Source: Candidatus Saccharimonadota bacterium (GTDB taxonomy: Bacteria; Patescibacteriota; Saccharimonadia; Saccharimonadales; UBA4665). From it: 32,000 nt of DNA. Of this stretch, positions 26,441 to 32,000 are shown one piece after another. The position numbers were made by a program, and so were the translations under genes. The notes below the pieces were generated by a model. The model was given only the letters and a program-made list of their open reading frames with translations, was not told the origin of the DNA and ran no database searches. The stretch is from contig CP064993.1 in NCBI GenBank assembly GCA_016699955.1, forward strand, positions 60,001 through 92,000, given 5' to 3'. Numbering within the stretch: the stretch's first letter is position 1; the number at the start of each line of letters is the position of its first letter.

Positions 26441-27046
26441 GTGTCGATAGAAGAAACCATTGTACTGGGGCAAATACCTGGGACTGATTATCAGCCTGAT
26501 TATGTTTTTTGGTTCACGCTTGCGGTGAGCGTGTTGTTTCTATGGCTTTTGTTTGAGGCATATAAACGCATTCACCACAATACCGCTGGGGCGCGGCAGT
26601 TACCGCAGGCGAGATCCGCCAAAACTATACTCGACTTGTCACATCCATTTATTGGGTACGCTACCCTCTCGTTAAGCACGCCAACTATCAGCGGCAAAAA
26701 AGATAAAATACCCTCAAAGCCTACCTTACGAGCCGGGCGTTGGGTAAATACTTTCTGCATAAAGCTGCAATTCCTCAAGCAAAAAACGTCGTTCATCGCT
26801 CAGTTTATCGCCCGCCAATTCACTCAAACGATGCATATAGCGGCTCAGTCGACTCTGCTCTCCACCATCAAACAGCGTATGGTAACGGTGCGACTCCCAA
26901 GGCGTTCGTTCCTCGTCGCTCAAATGAGCCGGGTAATTGCGCGCCTTGAACAGTGGGAGCAAGTGAGCGAGTCTTTCATCGTGAAATTCAGCCGCCAAAT
27001 CTGGCGTGATATCCGCCGGCTCAGCAGCGCGCACGACTGGGAGTAA
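26441..27046 (+). CDS. Hypothetical protein with one TM helix; the 3' third overlaps sbcB antisense, so the extent is uncertain
   Basis: The promoter and SD sit immediately upstream. GTG 26441 lies 6 nt after the SD; the track start GTG 26432 abuts it. The N-terminal part has a clear TM segment (YVFWFTLAVSVLFLWLLFEAY). From 26726 onward the ORF is antisense to the well-supported sbcB 3' end. Confidence 0.3.
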   Translation: MSIEETIVLGQIPGTDYQPDYVFWFTLAVSVLFLWLLFEAYKRIHHNTAGARQLPQARSAKTILDLSHPFIGYATLSLSTPTISGKKDKIPSKPTLRAGRWVNTFCIKLQFLKQKTSFIAQFIARQFTQTMHIAAQSTLLSTIKQRMVTVRLPRRSFLVAQMSRVIARLEQWEQVSESFIVKFSRQIWRDIRRLSSAHDWE

Positions 27047-28168
27047 GCCACTGTCGTGTTGGTTATAAAATCCGTCGTACAACTGGGCGTCGACAGGAAG
27101 GGTTGTTGTTTTTTGCCGTTTCTCTTGCTCTTGGTCGAGTAGCTCCAGAGCCTTGCGCACGTTATTGCTAAAGGCAGTTTGTGATTGTAGCAGTTGAACG
27201 TGCTTCTTGACAGTTTCCAGATTGACGGCAATACGCTGCCGAGATGCCGCGTCTAAAACGCTGAGCGGCGCAACTGCCGGACATCTGTTATACTGCATTG
27301 TTTTGAGTGGCAGGCGAGCCGGTGCGTTTGGTTCGCGCGTCCACCGCCAACGTTCGACCAGTTCTTCAGCTGTCATAGTAAGAAAAGGCGTCGGATCATG
27401 TCGCAGGTCATAGACCAATGCGCCCTGCTTCTTTGGGTGCTCAATCAGGCGTATGGCGACAGTTGTTTTCTCGGTCTCGTTGTCGTATTTGCCGCTACTG
27501 TAAACAAATGGCTGATCTGCTTCTACCAATTTTCTGACTTCACTTTTGCCACGCATCTTTAGCAACCACTGATATAACTTTGGCTGATGAGCCTGGATAA
27601 GCCTAGCGATTTCTATGCAGGCATACACATCTGCCAACGCGTCATGAGCATTGCTGTGTTCAATGTTATTGGCTTTGGTAAGCAGCTCAAGTCGGTTGCC
27701 AGGCTTGCCGTCTACTATGGGCCACTGGAGACCGTCTGGTCTAAGCGCCCGCGTCATTCGCACGACATCAAGTAAGTCCCAGCGCCCTCGACCGTCTTTC
27801 CACTGCCAATCATACGGATCATAAAAGTTACGGTAATGTAGGTAGCGCATAAACTCATCGTCAAACCTGACTGAGTTAAACCCGACAAAAATTGTGTTGG
27901 GTTCTGCGACTTCGTCGCGAAAATGTCGTAAAAATTCAAGCTCAGTAATACCATCTGCGATGGTTTGTTGCGGTGTGATTCCGGTAAGGAGTACCGCATC
28001 TGGCTGTGGCAATACGTCGTCAGACATCTTTATTAAAATGTTTACTGGTTCCCCAAGCAGTTGCAAGTCGAAGGTTGTCCGCTGCCCTGCAAACTGCATA
28101 ACTCGGTCCTCGCGAGGGTTAATACCGCTGGTTTCAAGATCATACCAAAAGAGGGTCGGTGTGCTCAT
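26726..28168 (-). CDS. sbcB: Exodeoxyribonuclease I (SbcB)
   Basis: 480 aa. DEDDh exonuclease motifs FWYDLETSGINP, FVGFNSVRFDDEF and HSNAHDALADVYACIEIARLI, plus the ExoI-specific C-terminal domains. The start lies 2 nt after the obg stop. Confidence 0.9.
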   Translation of the reverse strand: MSTPTLFWYDLETSGINPREDRVMQFAGQRTTFDLQLLGEPVNILIKMSDDVLPQPDAVLLTGITPQQTIADGITELEFLRHFRDEVAEPNTIFVGFNSVRFDDEFMRYLHYRNFYDPYDWQWKDGRGRWDLLDVVRMTRALRPDGLQWPIVDGKPGNRLELLTKANNIEHSNAHDALADVYACIEIARLIQAHQPKLYQWLLKMRGKSEVRKLVEADQPFVYSSGKYDNETEKTTVAIRLIEHPKKQGALVYDLRHDPTPFLTMTAEELVERWRWTREPNAPARLPLKTMQYNRCPAVAPLSVLDAASRQRIAVNLETVKKHVQLLQSQTAFSNNVRKALELLDQEQEKRQKTTTLPVDAQLYDGFYNQHDSGLLPVVRAAEPADITPDLAAEFHDERLAHLLPLFKARNYPAHLSDEERTPWESHRYHTLFDGGEQSRLSRYMHRLSELAGDKLSDERRFLLEELQLYAESIYPTPGS

Positions 28169-28170
28169 AG

Positions 28171-29448
28171 CTACAGCTCGAAGGAACCTTTTTTAAACTG
28201 TACCCTGTCACCCGCTTTCGCTCCCATACGAGAAAGTTTATGACTGATACCCATTTTGCGCATAATATCTCGCAGACGAGCGATTGATTCTTCATTTCCA
28301 AAATCTGTCCGGGCAGCAAACTTGTCTATTTTGTGACCAGAGACTAAATACTTTTCGGCTGTTTTTTCAATGGACCAGGGTTCTTCACTCTTCAGTGTCA
28401 GCACAGGCAAGCCCTCGTGTGGTACGGCCTTGGCTGCTTCCTCGAATGTTTTCTGCCGCTCTCTAGTAACCAAGCCTACGAGAGAATACATGAGAATTTT
28501 CACGCCGCTATGTGCTTGCGACGATATCGCAAAAATTGGTGTTGCTGGAGGAATAATTTTCCTTAGCGTTTCTGTTGCTTCCTCGACTAGCTCTGGCAGG
28601 CTGGCGTCTGTTTTAGTTAGTACGACCATTTTCGCCCGGGATGCTAATTCAGCGGAGTAGAGTTTTACTTCATTTTCAATTGTCTTGTAGTCGGCGACAA
28701 TGTCGTTGCTTGTGACATCGACTAGGTGTAGCAAAACGGCCGTACGTTCGACGTGTCGCAAAAATTCGTCCCCCAGTCCCTTCCCTTCGGCTGCTCCTTC
28801 AATAAGCCCTGGGATGTCGGCAATAAGAACACTGCCGGCACCGGGCACATCTGCTACTCCCAGATTTGGCGTTAGTGTCGTGAACGGATAGTCGGCTATT
28901 TCGGGACGGGCGTTGCTAACGACCGATAAAAAGGTTGACTTGCCAGCATTTGGTAAGCCGACCAAACCGACGTCGGCGATGAGCTTCAGCTCTAGTTTGA
29001 GGTTTTTAATTTCACCTTCTCCGCCGGGCTCTGCAAACTTTGGTGCCTGACGCACACTACTCACAAAGTGCGCATTACCAAACCCACCTCGTCCGCCTGC
29101 GGCAATAATGGCCTCTTGGCCGTCTTCAGAAAGATCAACAAGAATGACATCGTCTTCGAGCACCACCGTTCCAACGGGTACAGACACGCGCAGGTCGCCA
29201 CCATTTCGACCATGCTTTCTGATTTTACTACCGTCCCCGCCTTTTTCGGCAGCGAGTGATTTATGATAACGAAAATCCATAAGCGTGTTGTGATTGCGGC
29301 TGGCCACAAAGACAATATCGCCGCCCTTGCCGCCGTCACCACCATCGGGGCCACCACGGTCAACAAATTTTTCATGCCGAAAAGACACGCGGCCACTACC
29401 GCCGTCTCCTGCCGCAACTTGCACATCTGCAACATCTATAAACTTCAC
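28171..29448 (-). CDS. obg: GTPase Obg/CgtA, GTG start
   Basis: Gly-rich Obg fold (AGDGGSGRVSFRHEKFVDRGGPDGGDGGKGGDIVF), G domain (GLPNAGKST, DIPGLIEGA, TKTD) and a C-terminal OCT-type domain. Confidence 0.97.
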   Translation of the reverse strand: MKFIDVADVQVAAGDGGSGRVSFRHEKFVDRGGPDGGDGGKGGDIVFVASRNHNTLMDFRYHKSLAAEKGGDGSKIRKHGRNGGDLRVSVPVGTVVLEDDVILVDLSEDGQEAIIAAGGRGGFGNAHFVSSVRQAPKFAEPGGEGEIKNLKLELKLIADVGLVGLPNAGKSTFLSVVSNARPEIADYPFTTLTPNLGVADVPGAGSVLIADIPGLIEGAAEGKGLGDEFLRHVERTAVLLHLVDVTSNDIVADYKTIENEVKLYSAELASRAKMVVLTKTDASLPELVEEATETLRKIIPPATPIFAISSQAHSGVKILMYSLVGLVTRERQKTFEEAAKAVPHEGLPVLTLKSEEPWSIEKTAEKYLVSGHKIDKFAARTDFGNEESIARLRDIMRKMGISHKLSRMGAKAGDRVQFKKGSFEL

Positions 29449-29455
29449 ACTTGGT

Positions 29456-29461
29456 AGTATA
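29456..29461 (-). promoter_or_regulatory. -10-like hexamer TATACT, 7 nt upstream of the obg GTG (29448)
   Basis: agtata on the + strand at 29456-29461. On the minus strand the context is TATACTACC. Confidence 0.45.
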
Positions 29462-29521
29462 ACAGAGGTAGCTTAATAATCCGAGCAACGTACCTGGTAC
29501 ACTTTCGTAAAACTCGTTGGT

Positions 29522-29541
29522 CCCTCAGTTTAAAAACTGGG
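29522..29541 (-). terminator. Weak hairpin just after the LysM-CHAP gene stop
   Basis: CCC-t-CAGTTT/aa/AAACTG-GGG (9 bp with one bulge) begins 5 nt after the stop at 29546-29548. The stem is AT-rich and no U-run follows, so confidence is low. Confidence 0.25.
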
Positions 29542-29545
29542 CGAT

Positions 29546-30679
29546 TTAGTTGCGGGTGATATAGTTTGGATAGGCCGAAACCGAAACGACTGCGTAACCG
29601 ACACGACCAAAACCAGCAAAACCATTCATGTCGCTCACTTTCATTGTGCCGTTTTCGTAGACTTCTTCGACTATGCCGACATGCCCCGCCCAGCCACTTG
29701 ACGTTTGGAAAATGGCACCAGCAGTTGGGACTGAGCTAACTCGCCAACCACTTATTCGGGCGTAATATGCCCAGGTGTTGGCATTGCCCCAGTTGCCCGG
29801 TGCGCCGGAGCGGGCTGCGGCATAGTAGGTACACCAGCCAAAATCGTAACCGTTGGCACCATAACGCGGAGAAAAGCTTGCGGCGTATACAGAAGTCGCA
29901 TTTGTATATGTTCGGGTAGCCACTGGGATGATTTTGCCATCAGGAATAATGATACGTTTTCCAACCACCAAACCGGTTTGTTCAGCATCATTCATTTGGG
30001 CAATTTTCTCAGCGGTTGCGTGATAAGCGGTAGCGACACTTTGCGGTGTGTCACCAGTTTTGACCGTATAAACAATACCGCTTACTGGAGGTACGACGAG
30101 TTTTAAGCCCGCAGTTACGTTGTCGTTGCTCAAACCATTTGACCAGCGGATACTTTCGGACGTAACGCCAAATTTTTGCGCAATAGTGCTTACATTGTCA
30201 CCGGCTGCAACGGTATAATCGGTGATGTCTCGCCAACTTTTTTGGCCGGCTGTCACAACTTGCGGTTTCGCTGCAACGCTTGTGTCGCTTGCGCTAACTA
30301 CCACCGCGACACGGGCGCTTTGTGCTTGGTTTGTAATGGGTGTTTTTTCTGGCAGATTGACGGTGTGCGCGATATTTGCAGCTACGTCGAATGAGGTTAG
30401 CCTGTCGACAGGACTAACCGCAGCGGTTTCTGCAGATGTTTGTGAAGAAACGGTGGCAACAGTATCTGAATGTGCGCTGGTAACAACAAAAACCAACACA
30501 GCACTCAACAACAAAAAGTTGGCCGCCACAAGGCTGAAACGTACAAGGCGCTTCTTAACGGCCTTACGTCGTAATGTCTTTTGTAAGCGCCGGCTTGCAA
30601 GCTGCCGTCCGCGCTGTAAACGTTGGGACGCTGTTGACCCTGAGTTTGAAATACTAATACGATTCTCCTGGTGCCGCAC
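29546..30679 (-). CDS. Secreted or anchored peptidoglycan hydrolase: N-terminal TM anchor, 2 LysM domains, C-terminal CHAP domain
   Basis: TM segment FSLVAANFLLLSAVLVFVV. LysM repeats YTVAAGDNVSTIAQKFGVTSESIRWSNGL and YTVKTGDTPQSVATAYHATAEKIAQMNDA. CHAP-like C-terminus (GYDFGWCTYYAAARSG ... GHVGIVEEV). GTG start. Confidence 0.85.
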   Translation of the reverse strand: MRHQENRISISNSGSTASQRLQRGRQLASRRLQKTLRRKAVKKRLVRFSLVAANFLLLSAVLVFVVTSAHSDTVATVSSQTSAETAAVSPVDRLTSFDVAANIAHTVNLPEKTPITNQAQSARVAVVVSASDTSVAAKPQVVTAGQKSWRDITDYTVAAGDNVSTIAQKFGVTSESIRWSNGLSNDNVTAGLKLVVPPVSGIVYTVKTGDTPQSVATAYHATAEKIAQMNDAEQTGLVVGKRIIIPDGKIIPVATRTYTNATSVYAASFSPRYGANGYDFGWCTYYAAARSGAPGNWGNANTWAYYARISGWRVSSVPTAGAIFQTSSGWAGHVGIVEEVYENGTMKVSDMNGFAGFGRVGYAVVSVSAYPNYITRN

Positions 30680-30875
30680 TACAGTTGTAGGGCAGGACCG
30701 AGACTCTTATACGCTTTTTACGTTACTATGTGGGGACACCGAGACCGATGTCATTGATTTATATCGTTTGCTGCGAATAAAAGTATAACCCTCCATCAGA
30801 TTTTGAAGGAATGGTTACTAAGGTATTGTACCAGAAAACTTCGTTCAAGCAACTCTCGTTAACACATTACCCCTG

Positions 30876-31937
30876 TTATTCTTCGCAGAGTTTGTGGCAA
30901 TATTTGGCTGCCAGCGCTTCATGTTCGGCAACCGTCTTTGAGAAGTATGTTGTGCCGTTATCACCACTAACAAAAAATAACCAGTCTGTATTAGCCGGTT
31001 TTGCGACGGCTGCAAGCGAAACTTTGCTTACGTTACTTATGGGAGTAGGCGGTAGCCCCGTGTGCAAGCGTGTGTTGTAGGGTGTGTCGTAGGTGACATC
31101 TTTGCCTTTGCCGGCAAGAACAGAGCCATAGTGAGCCGTAACGTCACTTCCGAGCGGAATGCCACTTTTCAGACGTTTGATAAACACTTGCGCTGCTTGG
31201 GCACGATCTGCTTGGCTGACAACTTCTTTTTCGACTATTGAGGCAATGACAAGACCTTCATAAGTAGTGAGTCCTTGGCTTTTAAGGCCGGCTGTTATTT
31301 CGGGGGTGAGGTTTTTTTGCAGCTGTAAAATTGATTGTTCGACAATATTTTTTGCTGTCGTCGCTGCGGTACGCTGGAAAGTTTCGGGATAGAGATAGCC
31401 CTCAAGATTTGTTCCGGCAGGTTTATCGACAAACGCGGGGTAATTGTCATACTGCTGCGGAACCAATGCCGCGTCGACGTCGGCTTCGGTGAAACCTTGG
31501 TTTATAAGTGATCGCCTGATCTGGTCAAGACGCTGGCCGGGGAGAATAGTGACATAGGTTGTGGCGACCTTTCCGTGGGTAAGTTGCGACACAATTTCGG
31601 GAACGTTTTGGCGTTGGCTTATTTCGTAGGACCCGGCCTGGAGGTAACTGCTGACTTTGTGAATCCGCGCGTAATATTCAAACGTTTTCTCGCTACGTAT
31701 TAGCTCTGCCGATTTCAGTTTTGCAGCAATGCTTTTTACTGAAGCGCCCTGCTCAATAGTGATGGTTTCGGTACGGTTTCCGCCGACAGCTTCTAGCCCA
31801 GCGGTGTAGTCTCGCCAGAAAAAGAAGGCGCCTACACCCAGTAGGGCAATGATCGCAAGAGTGCACACTGCAATGAGTTTACCCCTGCGCCGTTTGTTCT
31901 TGCCTGATGGTGTATAACCTCGTGCTTTATACGTCAT
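30876..31937 (-). CDS. mltG: Endolytic murein transglycosylase MltG (YceG-like)
   Basis: N-terminal TM anchor and YceG motifs (ASIVEKE, PYNTRLHTGLPPTPISN). The start is set to ATG 31937, with an AAGGAGGAG SD just upstream. Confidence 0.9.
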   Translation of the reverse strand: MTYKARGYTPSGKNKRRRGKLIAVCTLAIIALLGVGAFFFWRDYTAGLEAVGGNRTETITIEQGASVKSIAAKLKSAELIRSEKTFEYYARIHKVSSYLQAGSYEISQRQNVPEIVSQLTHGKVATTYVTILPGQRLDQIRRSLINQGFTEADVDAALVPQQYDNYPAFVDKPAGTNLEGYLYPETFQRTAATTAKNIVEQSILQLQKNLTPEITAGLKSQGLTTYEGLVIASIVEKEVVSQADRAQAAQVFIKRLKSGIPLGSDVTAHYGSVLAGKGKDVTYDTPYNTRLHTGLPPTPISNVSKVSLAAVAKPANTDWLFFVSGDNGTTYFSKTVAEHEALAAKYCHKLCEE

Positions 31938-32000
31938 ATGCTCCTCCTTGTTCTTCACGGTACCGCTCGAGAATCAATGCTGCCGACATTGCGTCAATAT
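31927..32000 (-). CDS. ruvX: Putative pre-16S rRNA nuclease / Holliday-junction-resolvase-like RuvX (YqgF), C-terminal end only
   Basis: The reverse frame reads ...IDAMSAALILERYREEQGGAYDV*, which resembles the conserved YqgF C-terminus (xD..AA..IL..Y). A ruvX-mltG neighbourhood is common. Only 24 codons are visible. Confidence 0.5.
   Translation of the reverse strand, partial: IDAMSAALILERYREEQGGAYDV

Noticed and set aside
30697-30745. The 8-mer ACCGAGAC repeated 41 nt apart upstream of the LysM-CHAP gene, and GTTTACT repeated at 25881-25887 and 25897-25903 upstream of the PGPGW gene.
   Set aside because: Repeats of 7-8 nt within about 200 nt are not clearly beyond chance, and nothing supports an operator.
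1-32000. CRISPR arrays, tRNA, rRNA, tmRNA or RNase P genes, prophage or integrase genes, and known defence systems.
   Set aside because: None seen. Intergenic regions are short, and the only long one (21244-21484) shows hairpins but no cloverleaf or conserved ncRNA motifs that I can recognise by eye.

Overview
This is a compact, almost fully coding bacterial chromosome segment with about 40 genes. Most are on the minus strand, and many are joined by 0-11 nt overlaps. The backbone is housekeeping and DNA repair: uvrC, uvrA, sbcB, obg, rplY/ctc, mltG, the tail of ruvX, trhO, a LysM-CHAP wall hydrolase, a DedA protein and a tandem pair of ABC exporter half-transporters. Between uvrC and trhO lies a run of small stress or detox-type genes: AlkD-like, DUF1697, DUF2177, DUF1295, VOC/PhnB-like, DUF1905, DUF1761, two NUDIX and one EamA. 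Three IS elements are present. An intact IS4/IS701-like copy has 20-bp inverted repeats and a 5-bp target duplication, and it clips the 3' end of a gene. An IS30-like copy has a transposase with at least 3 frameshifts. An intact IS1595-family copy splits an MFS transporter and has a 7-bp target duplication. I saw no rRNA, tRNA or CRISPR array and no recognisable defence or toxin-antitoxin system. Six observations need follow-up. (1) A -10-like hexamer sits 6-8 nt from the start codon of most operon-first genes, which implies leaderless mRNAs. (2) A perfect 23-bp inverted repeat lies in frame inside uvrC, next to a lineage-specific insertion. (3) Two family-less genes lie between two IS elements. 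(4) Five genes form a translationally coupled chain: trhO, a 10-TM protein, NUDIX, EamA and NUDIX. (5) The ABC pair has a structured leader of about 230 nt containing a small upstream ORF. (6) The intergenic region at 21.2-21.5 kb is packed with hairpins, and a short motif recurs right after stop codons. The compaction and gene content fit a small-genome bacterium, possibly a CPR/Saccharibacteria-like lineage, but that is a guess and cannot be shown from this window. All family assignments come from reading motifs by eye; no searches were run.
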